Below are positions 28,024 through 39,028 of a DNA stretch of 64,000 nucleotides, piece by piece. How positions within the stretch are numbered: the first letter of the stretch is position 1; each line of letters opens with the position of its first letter. Under the pieces are notes generated by a model, which had not been told where the DNA came from, did not search any database, and saw nothing but the letters and a program-made list of their open reading frames with translations. The position numbers and the translations under genes are program-made. Source of the stretch: Candidatus Latescibacterota bacterium (lineage in GTDB: Bacteria > Latescibacterota > UBA2968 > UBA8231); NCBI GenBank assembly GCA_965217585.1, contig OZ244561.1, positions 768,001 through 832,000 on the forward strand, read 5' to 3'.

Positions 28024-29666
28024 TAGAACACCACCCCCACTGCGCCGGTCCATACATCGTCTATATCAGCATCGATCTCAACGCGCAACAAGTACAGCCC
28101 CGGCGCAACTAGCCGCCCCCCGTCGTTGCGGCCGTCCCATTGCAGCCGCTTGCGCCCGGCAGTGGCTGGCCGGTCGGCCCACAGGGTGCGCACTCGCCGG
28201 CCCGACAGGTCGTACAGGACCACAGTCATGGCCTGCGGATGTTGCACCTTGGCCAAGTCGATTTGAATGTGCACCGGACCAGAGCCGGCGTTAAAGGGGT
28301 TGGGCCGCACCGCAACGGCAGCGGCGGACAGGGGGCGGGACGCAAACCCCCGTCCCACGAGGGTCCAAGCATCTTCGGCGGCGGGCCGGGCGTTTTGGAA
28401 ATTGGTGCTGTCGCCGAGGGCAATACTAGCGCGCACCGCGAGGGTGGGGCGCAAAAGCGCCGAGGAAAAATCCACTTCCAGCCGGCCCGCTCGCCGGACG
28501 CGATGCTCCGTAGCCAACATCAGCCGAATTTCCCGGTCGTCCCACTCCGTCCAGTACCCGTCTTCCGGCAGCGCCACGCCGTCAAAGCGCACCTGCTGCA
28601 CATCGCCTGGCAGGCCAATGCGCACCCGGTCGAAGCCGAGGTCTTGGGCCTCTATATCCACGTCGAGGATGTAGGTGAACAGGGTATCGGCACCCAAGAC
28701 CGGCCGCCGCGGCTCAATGGCTCCCGTGACCTCCCTGGCAAAGAGCTGTTCGACAAAGGACACTTTCACTTGCTCCAAGACCGGGGTGGTGAGCGGATGG
28801 CGCGTTTCCATGATTGCCCGGTATTGCAAAAATTGCGCCGGCTCGGGTTCGCTGAGTCCAACGCCCTCCCCAGCCTCTGCGAGATTCCACGCCGGCACCC
28901 GGTGCCACGGCTCCCAAGTCTCGCCGTCGGCCGAGGTGCGGAACTGCAAGCGCAAGAGTGTGCCCGGCGACGCCTGCCCGGCAAAGTGCGCCCGGCCAAA
29001 GTTGACCGGCTGCCCGGCGTCGAACACCTCCGACTCAAACGACCCTTCCCCCATAAATCCCTCGCCGAACACTTCGATCTCGCCCACGGTGACCCAATTG
29101 GGCGGATCCTCGCGCGTTATGCGCAGCCGCACAAAGCGCCCCAGCACCGGCAGGGGCCTGCCGTCCGCAGCGGTCTCGATCCAAGTGGAATCAGCCGAGG
29201 TATCGACGATGGGGTCGGGATTTTCCGCCCACTGCGCCACGATGACCCAATCGTCCGGGGTGGCTTCCTGCGCCACTTCGAGGCGGTAGCCTTTCAAAAA
29301 GAACAGCGGGCGCTGTTCAATGGTTTTGCCAGAGAAGATGCGCACTCGGCTCACGCCCCGGTCGCCGCCCAAATCGAGCCGAATCCACTCCCCTAGGACT
29401 TCGGCCGTATTGTTGAAGCGCCACTCCGTGTCGGTATTGCCGTCCGTAACGCTGCGGCGGCCACTCAGAGTGTTCGGGCCGGAGAGGGCCGTCGCACCCA
29501 AGGCTAGGTTCGCACCGCGAAAGGAGGCCAGCGTCAACCGGCCCAAGCTGTCGATCTCCGTGCCCAACAAGAGGCCGGCTGAGAAATCGTCGGCTCCCGC
29601 CTGCACCCACTCGCCGGCCATTGCCGGAGCGCAACAGAGCACGACCGAGCCGAGCCAATGACCCAT
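28023..29666 (-). CDS. Secreted protein with a discoidin/F5-8-like domain and a C-terminal FlgD-Ig domain
   Basis: VTDGNTDTEW, WIRLDLG, RFVRLRI, GEIEVFG; C-terminal PNPFN...YDLSGRRVR...WDGRNDGGRLVAPGLYLLRV. Confidence 0.75.
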   Translation of the reverse strand: MGHWLGSVVLCCAPAMAGEWVQAGADDFSAGLLLGTEIDSLGRLTLASFRGANLALGATALSGPNTLSGRRSVTDGNTDTEWRFNNTAEVLGEWIRLDLGGDRGVSRVRIFSGKTIEQRPLFFLKGYRLEVAQEATPDDWVIVAQWAENPDPIVDTSADSTWIETAADGRPLPVLGRFVRLRITREDPPNWVTVGEIEVFGEGFMGEGSFESEVFDAGQPVNFGRAHFAGQASPGTLLRLQFRTSADGETWEPWHRVPAWNLAEAGEGVGLSEPEPAQFLQYRAIMETRHPLTTPVLEQVKVSFVEQLFAREVTGAIEPRRPVLGADTLFTYILDVDIEAQDLGFDRVRIGLPGDVQQVRFDGVALPEDGYWTEWDDREIRLMLATEHRVRRAGRLEVDFSSALLRPTLAVRASIALGDSTNFQNARPAAEDAWTLVGRGFASRPLSAAAVAVRPNPFNAGSGPVHIQIDLAKVQHPQAMTVVLYDLSGRRVRTLWADRPATAGRKRLQWDGRNDGGRLVAPGLYLLRVEIDADIDDVWTGAVGVVF

Positions 29667-29670
29667 CGCC

Positions 29671-29964
29671 CTAATCATCTATCCAAGCCTCCAAACCCCA
29701 GCTTTCTAACGTGGTCTGTATGGAAGGAGCGAGTTGCTGGAAGCGCAACGTCGGTCCCAATTGCCCCAAACGGATCACCTCTCGCTCGAGCAATGGATTG
29801 AGGCTTCGCACTTCGTTAGCCACGATGCAGACCTCCGTTACCCCTTCCTCGACATGCGATTGCAGGCACTCATACAAGATGTCGAACTCCAGCTTACTGA
29901 TATACCCCATGAGTTCGATGGTCAACGTCCCGCCACAGCGGTTCAATGTGTTAATGCGTATCAC
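29671..29964 (-). CDS. STAS-like small protein
   Basis: 97 aa with a STAS-like pattern (LTIELMGYI...LRFQQLAPSIQTTLESWGL). Confidence 0.5.
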   Translation of the reverse strand: MIRINTLNRCGGTLTIELMGYISKLEFDILYECLQSHVEEGVTEVCIVANEVRSLNPLLEREVIRLGQLGPTLRFQQLAPSIQTTLESWGLEAWIDD

Positions 29965-29981
29965 GCTGACGCCCTCCCATC

Positions 29982-31313
29982 TCAGTCCACATCGACTAAT
30001 TGCCGTGCCAATGAGCCTTCCCGCGTCAAGGCGTACACCAAGATGTTGATGCCAAGGTCATAGACCGGCAGCTCATCAGCACCCGTGTCAAAACGACCGA
30101 TAAGGTTGGCGGCCCGATCCGACTCGCGGATCCGTTCAGCCTCGCCAGCCCATAGGTCTGTGTAGTTTTTTTGTGAGTAAAACCCCACTATGTGGCCATT
30201 AACTTCAATGCCCTCTAGGTAATCGGGCGACAATTTGGCGCGAATCCTAGTGTTCCAATACCAGAAGCTGATGTCCCAGAAACCTCGCGGCAGGGTGCCC
30301 ACGTCGTAGAAGCAATGGTAGAGCGGGTGCTCGGGCGGCAAGCGCACAAAAGACCAATCCTTGTGTTCGGTGTAGTCAACTTGCTGAAAGGCTTGGCGAA
30401 TAAAATCGCGCAACGCCGGCAGGTCGTGCTGATGGCCGCCAGCGATGAGGAGAGGCTGGGAGACAATCTCCGCATAGAGGAATCCGCCCGACGTTAGATA
30501 GCGTCCCAGATTTTTAGCTTCGGCCTGGGTGAAGGCGACTTCTTCCTTAATCGTCAGCAGCAGAAACGGCACCTGCATCAGCCGCGGATCGTCCAAGGCG
30601 ATGCCGTCGAGCACTTGGGTGCGCACGCCGGTGCGCACGCTCATTTTGTCGGCTAGCCCCTGCAGGATGCGCCGCTCGGCAATGCTCCGCGACCACCCAC
30701 CGCTGCGCACCAAACCCGAACTGGCTTCGGCGCGCTCAAGGGCTTCGCTGTGGACGCCCGATAGGTAGAGAAAGCCCTTGAGATTGCGCCGATCGCGCGG
30801 ATCGACGACCACTAACGCCCGATGGCGACCCGTGTCGAGGGCATCCACATCGAGCAGTTCCATGTTCAGGTCGATCTCCTCGGCTTCCTGGTGGACCCCC
30901 TTTACGACGCCCGTGCGCATCTGAGGACCGATGCGTTGCGTTGGCAGGAGAGAAGCCGTAACCGTCGGCAGGATGGGCGGCGGTGTCTCGGTGACCGTCA
31001 GGGGTATAGGCATGCCCTGACGCAGGTTGTGGCGGGTAGTCAGGGGAGCGGGACGGACCGCGACCACCGGGGTCGGCCGTACCGTCGGACGGCGCACGAG
31101 GGGTCTTTGTATCTGCGGGGGTACGGGTCGCCGCAACAACCGGCGGTCGGGCGGTGGCCTTTTGTCGAATTTCAGCAATATGGGTCGCCGGTGATCCAGT
31201 GGCTCGTCGGCTATCCAGAGAAAGAGCAAGGACACGTGGAGGACCGCAGAGAGCCCGATGAATGCGGCGACGCGGCGACCAGAGGGAGATCGATATGGTC
31301 GGTAGAAGGGCAT
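29982..31313 (-). CDS. DUF4159 protein with a TonB-like N-terminus (TM SxxxH anchor plus Pro-rich linker)
   Basis: LSAVLHVSLL anchor and Pro-rich linker; AKNLGRYLTSGGFL, LPPEHPLYHCFYD, LEGIE and LGINILVYALT. Confidence 0.8.
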   Translation of the reverse strand: MPFYRPYRSPSGRRVAAFIGLSAVLHVSLLFLWIADEPLDHRRPILLKFDKRPPPDRRLLRRPVPPQIQRPLVRRPTVRPTPVVAVRPAPLTTRHNLRQGMPIPLTVTETPPPILPTVTASLLPTQRIGPQMRTGVVKGVHQEAEEIDLNMELLDVDALDTGRHRALVVVDPRDRRNLKGFLYLSGVHSEALERAEASSGLVRSGGWSRSIAERRILQGLADKMSVRTGVRTQVLDGIALDDPRLMQVPFLLLTIKEEVAFTQAEAKNLGRYLTSGGFLYAEIVSQPLLIAGGHQHDLPALRDFIRQAFQQVDYTEHKDWSFVRLPPEHPLYHCFYDVGTLPRGFWDISFWYWNTRIRAKLSPDYLEGIEVNGHIVGFYSQKNYTDLWAGEAERIRESDRAANLIGRFDTGADELPVYDLGINILVYALTREGSLARQLVDVD

Positions 31314-31335
31314 CGTCGGTTTGGATTTTTCTCGT

Positions 31336-32890
31336 CTAATCGTCCGGTTTTGTCTGGTTGGACAAGATGTATATGCCACTGCCCCCACCACGAACGGCAT
31401 TCTCCAGCACTACCAAATCTAGATCACCGTCTCCATCCACATCGCCTTCCACAATCGTCCCGCCCAACCCTTGCAACGGATAGCGGCCTTCCCGGAGTGG
31501 CATTCCGTTCTTTCTTCCCATACTGACGACGAGTGCCGGCTGGCGGAAATCGCGATCTACAAACATCGCGTCCAAGAGACCATCTTCATTTAGGTCGGAA
31601 AATACCGCATCCTGTTGCACGAAACCCCTTTCATACCATGCAACCTTGTCCAAGACGCCGTCTCCTCGATTGATTAAAAGATCTAGCCCGGTGAGCATAG
31701 GACTCATATTCATAGAGGCGACGGCCCTTCCCGCAACCATATCTGTATCTCCATCCCGATCAAGATCGCCCGCGTAGCATATCAAATCCGCCGCCGCATC
31801 CACTCTGAGATACTCTTGAATGGTTTCCCCATGTTCACCCAAATAGGTCGCCATATAGTCATGCGGGGTGCCAACATCGGGGCCTTTCCAAAGTAATCCA
31901 GTCTTTCGGCCGCCCGGAACATGGTAGATCAGACGCATGGGGAACCAAGCAAACTCGCCCAATTCGGGTGCCAGAGCCATTTGTTCGTCGAACTGTCCCT
32001 CACCGTCATTGAGCAAAATGACGGCACGCGCCGAGGTCTTGGAGTACAGCTCAGTCAACCATATATCCTCGTATCCATCCCCATCGACATCTCCTATACC
32101 CAAGGGGATCGCCCTATCTGCATGTCGTGCCACCGACCATCCGGCCGGTGCATGCTCCAGTATGTCGAGTGAATGACCAAAGCCCACCACGAGTTCCATA
32201 CGCTGATCGCCGCTTAGGTCGGCACCGACCAGCCTGGGTATGGGGCCGATTCTGGGAAATGGCTCTATGCGTACCTCGGGGGAGAAACGGCCCCCTTCAT
32301 TAAACGCGCACAGCCAACCGGCCCTGCCGGAATTAGGCTTGGGATCCCAGTCTTCCCATACTGCTGCCATATCCATGTCGCCATCGCCATCCAGATCTCC
32401 CAACTCGGCTACGGGCCTGCCGCGCTGTCCTATGTCCAATCCTTGCAGATCTAACGGGTAAAAGAGCGGTAGAGCAAAGAGCGTCCCGACAGGATGCGGC
32501 TCTTCCCTTCTCGGCGGCGCGAACTCTGAGTCTGGCCTTTCCGCATGGGTCAACTCGATCCAATCAACTTCCACCGCCTCGGGGATTTCCCCCGGTCCCT
32601 CCACAACCTTCGAATGGTTGAACAAAGACAGTTGAAGGCGTATTTCGATCAATTCATCTTCCCAGACGCGCCGATATACCTTCAGTCGTCTCCGAATGCA
32701 GCGGTGCTCTAATTACTGCTCCCGAAGCGTCACTTTCCCAGGCCACCCAACCCTGGGCGTCGTCTTCCTGGGTAAAATCCCAAGTGAGGGCACCGAGGCG
32801 CGAAGGATGTAGCAACCACAGGGCCACTAACGCGACCAATCCACCAGATCGCAACGCATATTTCACTGCCGATGCGGAGGGAGTAACCAT
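31336..32890 (-). pseudogene. FG-GAP propeller paralogue with an internal deletion/frameshift in the N-domain and no CTD
   Basis: Signal plus ALTWDFTQEDDAQGW (32654-32890) jumps to VWEDELIEIR...EVDWIELT and DxDGDGD repeats (31336-32652). Ends GIYILSNQTKPDD. Confidence 0.75.
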
Positions 32891-32990
32891 AGAACAACCT
32901 TCCTCTGAAGAGTTTAAAGTGAGTTAGGAGGGAAGTTATCTCAGGAAGCAGAGGCACAGCGCAGCACCGCCTAAAACACAGGAGGTCGAT

Positions 32991-33500
32991 TCATAGGGGG
33001 CTACCCGCAATCATTTTTTCTAGGTCCTCTGCTTGCTCTATCTGGCCCAGTTGACGGAAGATTTCCTGCGCCTGTTTCCAGTTCAATATCGCGTCGTAGC
33101 CCTTTCCCCAAGCCGAGTACATAGCGCCCAACCACACGTGAGCGGCAGCACAGGCCTCGTCGTTGCCCAGGCTCTTTTGGTAGATCAGGCATTTGCGGTA
33201 CATTTGCTCGGCGCGCTCGAACGAACCCTCGGCACAATACAGCTCGGCTAAGAGTCCCGCCTGCCAGGCAATGCCCTGCATATCCTCTATTTCTTCGAAC
33301 AACTGTAGCGATCGGTGCGCCATCTCGGTCGCGCGCTCGTGCGCTTGGCTCTTCTGATATACCACGCTCAGATAGCCGGCGGCGGCGGCTTGGTTGCGCT
33401 TGTGTCCCAAGCGCTCCTGCACGGACAGGGCTTTCCGATACATGGATTCGGCCTCGTCGAAGCGCTCTGTCTGAAGATAGATTTGTCCCAAGGTGCCGTA
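32991..33500 (-). pseudogene. TPR-repeat protein C-terminal fragment
   Basis: YGTLGQIYLQTERFDEAESMYRKAL repeats. No proper start; abuts the truncated transglutaminase. Confidence 0.65.
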
Positions 33501-34672
33501 CTCTGACGCGCCGCGATACCCTGTAGCCGACAAAGGGCGATAAACGCATTGGATAGTGTTATGCAGTGGCCGCCGCTATCGTTCAATACCACGTGGATAG
33601 AAGAGGCCAGATCCTGCGATTGCTCTTTGGTTTTTTTAAAGCGCTTGACCCCGACCAATTGGGCGTACATGCGACGCGCCTTTTCCAACGGATCTTCCAC
33701 GCCGTCCAGGTCCAGTTCGGCAAAAAAGTTTTTGACTACCGCTTCTCGCGCCAGCTTTGGGTCGATTTCGCTGTAGCGGCGGTATTCGCAGGCCGACAGC
33801 GAAGCCGAGGCCGTTGGGCCTATGCGGCCCTGCACGGTCAACTCACAGGTGTAAGAAAAATCCACCGAGGCTGAAGCGGCCTCTTCCACCTGGATGGGAT
33901 AGCCGTAGAAAAAACCGGCCTGCGGCACCAAGCAAGTTCGCAGGTCGTCTGGCACACAGGCGCGCAACTCGATATCCCCCTGATGCGGACTGGGGATGGG
34001 ATAGGGCAGAAAGAGCTGGGCCTTGGTGTCTGGCGGCAAGGTCGGTGGGTAGAGCCGATAGGTATAGGTGAGGCGGTAGCGCTGACGATCCCGATGCAGT
34101 GCGATGTGGCCATTGGCGTGCTGGAAAAAATGGCGGCGTCTCTCTTCGAGGGCGCGATAATCGCTTTCAAAAAACGCGGGCTCGTGGTCGTAGAGCCAGT
34201 TCCAGGAAGCGGCCCGATCAAAGGCGATTCGGCTGCCCTCTCGGGTGTGCGGCATACCGCGACTCAGGTTGCGGTGGAGCAAGGTGCGGATCGCCTCGAC
34301 GTCGAGGTCGGTCGGGGTGCTCAAGTTGAGAGAGTGGACAAATTCGGGCTCCGACATCAGGTAGGCCGTCCCTATGTGATGGGCGGAATGCTGGCCTACA
34401 AAAAAGGCGTCGACCGCGTACACCTGAAAGCCCTCGGCGGCGATTCGGGCAGCGTGGGGTCCCATCCCGGCGAATTCGACGGGGTAGCCGCGCGCCCGCA
34501 GCGCTCGTCCCACGACCAGCGGCCGGATGGTGTGGGCTAGGCTGTAGCCGTGGAAAAAGATCAGTACGGGACACTCGTGGTGCGGTAGGCGCTCGATCGT
34601 GCCGGCCCGTTGCAGGCGGACGCTCAAATGCTGCAAGCCAGCCGCTAAGTTTTGGCGCAATGTCTCTAGCAT
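33500..34672 (-). pseudogene. Chimeric remnant: glycosyltransferase N-terminus fused to a truncated transglutaminase-like gene
   Basis: HGYSLAHTIRPLVVGRALRARGYPVEFAG is a GT-B N-terminus. MSEPEF (ATG 34357) leads to GGHCITLSNAFIALCRLQGIAAR (TGase Cys motif), cut before the His/Asp. Confidence 0.65.
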
Positions 34673-34693
34673 GTCAGATTCAGATTCGTGCGT

Positions 34694-36793
34694 CTAGTCG
34701 AGTTTGACCATCTTGCGGATGCGCGTCTGTTCGCCCATCTGAAGCCGATACAGATAGACCCCAGCGGCGACAGGCTGCCCCTGCCCGTCCCGGCCATCCC
34801 AAGTCAGCCGGTGTTCGCCCGCCGCCAGCGGACCTGCCCACACTTGGCGCACCGGCTGACCCAACACGTTGTAGATGGCCAACCGCACCGCCTCAGTTCC
34901 GGCCGGCACGGATAGGGGGATGGTCGTGGCTGGATTGAACGGGTTGGGGTAGTTGGAACCCAAGCGAAAGGCCGAGGGTACCGCCACCTCGCTGGCCACG
35001 GCCGTAATCGGGGTGCCCTGGTTGATATAGACGAACACGCCGCCGGGACCGCCTTCAATACTGAGTCCCAGCACGACCAGATCGTCGTCGCCATCGCCGT
35101 CCACATCGCCAGCGAGCACCTGGGTGCCCGTGCCCGGCAGGGGATAGCGCCCTTCGACGACGGGCACCCCGTCGCGCTGGCCCACCAGCACCACCAGCGC
35201 CGGACCCGTGAGCAAGTTGCGATCAACCAAGGTCAAATCCAGCAGACCATCGCCGGTCAGGTCACTGGCCGTGGCCGCATGCGAAGGAAATACCTGCAAG
35301 TCGAGTAGGGAGTGGTGTGCCAACACGCCCGATTCATCCAGACGCCACAGGTCCAATCCGTGGTGGCTGGTATCGCCGTATAAGTTTCGCTTGGGAGAGC
35401 CGAGTACATCCACCGCCCCATCGCCCTCCAGATCGACGAGCAGGTGCAGATTACACGGATTGATCGCCGCCTCGAAAAACAGCGGCGGCTCCGCGCTGGC
35501 CGCCCACGGCCGGGTCAATTGCCAAGTCCCCTGGGGCTGATAGCAGGCTCGGTTCCATAACAGGCGTACAGCTTGGCCCAGCGGTTGCCCGGCGGGTAGA
35601 TAGGGGAAGCGCCGCACCTTGCCGTCGAGGACGAACCGATGGCTGCGGACAAAACCGTCAGCGCTATCGTTAAGCCACAGGATTGCGTGGGACGATTCGT
35701 CGTCATCTATGACCAACAGGTCCACCTCGCCATCGCCATCGCCATCGGCCAAGCCAACGAACTCGACACCGGACAGTTGCAGGATGGTTGCAAAGCCGTC
35801 CTCGCCTTGGTTGTGCCACAGTTCGATATTCGGACCTTCGTTAAGGACCAAGTCCAAGAGCCCATCCCCGTCGAAATCGCTCCCCCAGAGCCCCCAAATG
35901 ACAGTGCTTGAACTCGTGAACTGTCGGGTGGGGACAAAGCCACCCAACCCGTCGTTGGACGCCACCATCCAGCCCAATACTTCTTCTCCGGTGTCCGTAT
36001 AGCGCTCCCAGACTGCCACTAGATCCACATCGCCATCGCCGTCCACATCGCCCAAAGCGCCCCTCGATTGTCTCAGAAAGCCTCTGACCCCGATGCCCTC
36101 GCCGAGGGGGAAAAAGCTAGGCGCAGCGAATAACGCACTGGACAACCCCGCCTCGAGCACGACCTCCCGAGGCGGCAATTCCCCCAACAGCAACTCCTCC
36201 GTCCCCGTCAGTTGAATCCAGTCCACTTCTACAAAGTCGGGATAGTCATCCGGGCCCTCAGCGTCGTAGTTTAACTCCAAGTCGAGCTGAAAATTAAAGA
36301 GGGTGTCCTGCCAGATGAGCTCCGCTTCTGGGTCCGCAGCCAGAGCGCGTATATCTATCGTGATGTCTTCCCATTCGGTGGGATAGAGTTGCCAACGGCC
36401 TGTAACAAACCTTGACTCCCAGAAATCGGATGGGTCCGCTGCCCTGATGCGTCTGGCCTCGGAGTTGAACCACCATATCTGGAGTCCCCCTGGGGTGGGG
36501 CGATGGTGGATGATGCGTAGCCGTAGGGTGACCCGATCGAATAGGGCTGAGTCTTCCTCAATCAGCGGCGAGTGCAATCGAATGGACGACAAAGAGCCCG
36601 GCACCGGCGCAATGCGCCAAATGCCGTCGGCCACTTCGCTGCGCACCGTGTTGAGAGCCGGTACACTTCGACGGCCGAGGAAACCTTCCTGGGCCGTCCA
36701 ACCCCAGGTGGTATCCTCGGTGAAGTCCCACGTTAAGGCACTCCCCCCCCGTGGAGCCGCCAACAACAAGATGGCCAAGAACATGCCGCGCAT
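34694..36793 (-). CDS. Secreted variable beta-sandwich + FG-GAP/VCBS propeller + FlgD/T9SS-CTD-like protein (copy 1)
   Basis: Signal...ALTWDF, EVDWIQLTG, GDVDGDGDVDL repeats, NYPNPFN...RKMVKLD. Confidence 0.88.
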   Translation of the reverse strand: MRGMFLAILLLAAPRGGSALTWDFTEDTTWGWTAQEGFLGRRSVPALNTVRSEVADGIWRIAPVPGSLSSIRLHSPLIEEDSALFDRVTLRLRIIHHRPTPGGLQIWWFNSEARRIRAADPSDFWESRFVTGRWQLYPTEWEDITIDIRALAADPEAELIWQDTLFNFQLDLELNYDAEGPDDYPDFVEVDWIQLTGTEELLLGELPPREVVLEAGLSSALFAAPSFFPLGEGIGVRGFLRQSRGALGDVDGDGDVDLVAVWERYTDTGEEVLGWMVASNDGLGGFVPTRQFTSSSTVIWGLWGSDFDGDGLLDLVLNEGPNIELWHNQGEDGFATILQLSGVEFVGLADGDGDGEVDLLVIDDDESSHAILWLNDSADGFVRSHRFVLDGKVRRFPYLPAGQPLGQAVRLLWNRACYQPQGTWQLTRPWAASAEPPLFFEAAINPCNLHLLVDLEGDGAVDVLGSPKRNLYGDTSHHGLDLWRLDESGVLAHHSLLDLQVFPSHAATASDLTGDGLLDLTLVDRNLLTGPALVVLVGQRDGVPVVEGRYPLPGTGTQVLAGDVDGDGDDDLVVLGLSIEGGPGGVFVYINQGTPITAVASEVAVPSAFRLGSNYPNPFNPATTIPLSVPAGTEAVRLAIYNVLGQPVRQVWAGPLAAGEHRLTWDGRDGQGQPVAAGVYLYRLQMGEQTRIRKMVKLD

Positions 36794-36849
36794 AATGCAC
36801 CTCCAAAGTCATAGGGACAGTTTATATCCCTCACCTCTAGCTCTATCGT

Positions 36850-38982
36850 CTAGTCGAGTTTGACCATCTTGCGGACGCGCGTCTGCTCGCCCACCTGCAG
36901 CCGATACAGATAAACCCCAGCGGCTACAGACTGTCCCAGCTCATCCCGGCCATCCCAGCCCAGCCGATGCTCGCCCGCCGCTAGCGGACCAGCCCACACC
37001 TGGCGCACTGGCTGCCCCAGCACATTGTAGATAGCTAATTCCACGTCCTCAGCTCCGGCTGGCACTATCAGGGGAATGATCGTGCTCGAATTAAACGGGT
37101 TGGGATAGTTGGCTCCCAAGCTAAAGGCCAAAGGCTGCACTGCCTCGCTGGCCATAGCCGTGACCGGAGCGCGCTGGTTGATAAAGACAAAGACGCCATC
37201 GTTGCCCGCACCCGGCTCCACCCCCTCCCCAGCTTCCGCACTGATACCCAGCACCACCAGATCATCGACCCCATCGCCATCCACATCGCCCGCCAGCACC
37301 TGCCGGCCCTTGCCTAGCAGCGGGTAGCGCCCTTCGAGCACGGGCACCCCGTCGCGCTGGCCCAGCAACACCACCAGCGCCGGACCGGTCGCCAAGTTGA
37401 TATCGACCAGGGCCACGTCGAGCAGCCCATCGCCGTTCAGGTCCCGGGCGATGCCCCTAGCCGAAAAGAAGACCTCGGAGTCGAACAGGGTGTGGTGAGC
37501 CACCACGCCCGACGCATCGAGGCGCCACAGTTCCAACCCGTGGTAGGTGTTGAAGTAGACGCGGGGACGTAGATTCCGCTCCGGGGAGCCGAGTAGATCC
37601 ACATGGCCATTGCCATCTAGATCGGCCAGCAGGTGTAGGGCGCACGGGTTGACCGCGGCCTCAAAGAAAAGCGCCGGCTCCGGCTGGGCCGCCCACGGAC
37701 GGCTCAGCCGCCAAGGGCCCAGAGGCTGGCCGCACCGTCGGTTCCACAACAGGCGCACGGCCTCGCCGGGGGGTTGGCCGGCGGGCAGGACGGGTACATA
37801 GCCGTTCAGAACCAACCGATCCCCCTGGACAAAGCCACCCTCGCCGTCGTTGGCCCACAACGTCGCGGAGGACGTCGCGTCCTCCCACTCGCCTTCTTCT
37901 GCTGCTACCACCAGATCCACATCGCCATCGCCGTCGCCATCGACCAGACCGATCAGCCGGACGCCAAAGGGCAGGTGCAGGATGGGTTCAAAACCGGCCT
38001 CGCCCCGGTTGAGCCACAGTTCGGTGATCAGACCCTCCGTAAGGACCAGATCCAGCAGCCCATCGCCGTTGAAGTCGTGGCCCTTGAGCTGAAATAAAGA
38101 GGCTTGGCGCGGGATCCGTTGGGTCGGCCTAAAGCGACCCTGCCCGTCGTTAGACGCCACCGTCAAGCGCATTTGATCGGCAACCAAGAGGTCTTCTTGA
38201 TGGACAGACACGGCCGTCACCAGATCCACATCCCCATCGCCGTCCACATCGCCCAACGCGCCATATGAGAAGAACGGGATCCCTGAATTGTCAACTCCTC
38301 CACCTAAGGGCGAAAAGACGGGATCGGCCAACAGCACGCCGGGCCGCCCCGACCCCACCGCCACCTCCCGAGGCGACAACTCCCCCAGCACCAACTCTTC
38401 GGTCCCCGTCAATTGAATCCAGTCCACTTCTAAAAAGTCGGGAAAGTCCTCCGGCCCCTCAGCATAGCTGTTTAACCCTAGGTATAGCTCAAAGTGAAAG
38501 AGAGTGTCTTGCCAAGCGAGACCCTCTTGGTCTAGCGCGATGGTGATGTCTTGCCATTCAGTAGTAAAGACGGGACCGGGACGAGGAGTCACTATATAAC
38601 CCGGTACTATGAATTCGTTCATTTCATAGAGGCGTCTGCGCTCGGCATTGAACCACGACATCTGGAGCCACCCCTCGGTAGGGCTATGGTGTATCAGACG
38701 CAGCCGGAGAGTGACGTGGTCGAACAGAGCCGAGTCTTCGCCGATCCACGGCGAAAGCAATTCAATGCTAGGGTACCGAGAGCCTGGTGCCGGTGCAATG
38801 CGCCACACGCCGTCGGCAACCTCGCTGTGCACCGTCGTCGTCGTTGCCGTACCACCCATACTGGCACCGGCCCCCTCCTGTGCCGCCCAGCCCCAAGTGG
38901 TCTCCTCGGCGAAATCCCACGTTAAGGCGAAAACCCCGGGTGCAGCCGCCAACAACAAAATGGCCAAGAACATGCCGCGCAT
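36850..38982 (-). CDS. FG-GAP + CTD paralogue (copy 2)
   Basis: Same architecture and motifs as copy 1. Confidence 0.88.
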   Translation of the reverse strand: MRGMFLAILLLAAAPGVFALTWDFAEETTWGWAAQEGAGASMGGTATTTTVHSEVADGVWRIAPAPGSRYPSIELLSPWIGEDSALFDHVTLRLRLIHHSPTEGWLQMSWFNAERRRLYEMNEFIVPGYIVTPRPGPVFTTEWQDITIALDQEGLAWQDTLFHFELYLGLNSYAEGPEDFPDFLEVDWIQLTGTEELVLGELSPREVAVGSGRPGVLLADPVFSPLGGGVDNSGIPFFSYGALGDVDGDGDVDLVTAVSVHQEDLLVADQMRLTVASNDGQGRFRPTQRIPRQASLFQLKGHDFNGDGLLDLVLTEGLITELWLNRGEAGFEPILHLPFGVRLIGLVDGDGDGDVDLVVAAEEGEWEDATSSATLWANDGEGGFVQGDRLVLNGYVPVLPAGQPPGEAVRLLWNRRCGQPLGPWRLSRPWAAQPEPALFFEAAVNPCALHLLADLDGNGHVDLLGSPERNLRPRVYFNTYHGLELWRLDASGVVAHHTLFDSEVFFSARGIARDLNGDGLLDVALVDINLATGPALVVLLGQRDGVPVLEGRYPLLGKGRQVLAGDVDGDGVDDLVVLGISAEAGEGVEPGAGNDGVFVFINQRAPVTAMASEAVQPLAFSLGANYPNPFNSSTIIPLIVPAGAEDVELAIYNVLGQPVRQVWAGPLAAGEHRLGWDGRDELGQSVAAGVYLYRLQVGEQTRVRKMVKLD

Positions 38983-39028
38983 AATGCACCTCCCGAGTTT
39001 GTGATCGTGCGGTTTAGCCTTGCGTTGC

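Noticed and set aside
28140-29396. Long antisense ORFs (also 3200-4267, 4564-5511, 53948-54946 and others)
   Set aside because: Shadow frames of GC-rich genes with no motifs or RBS.
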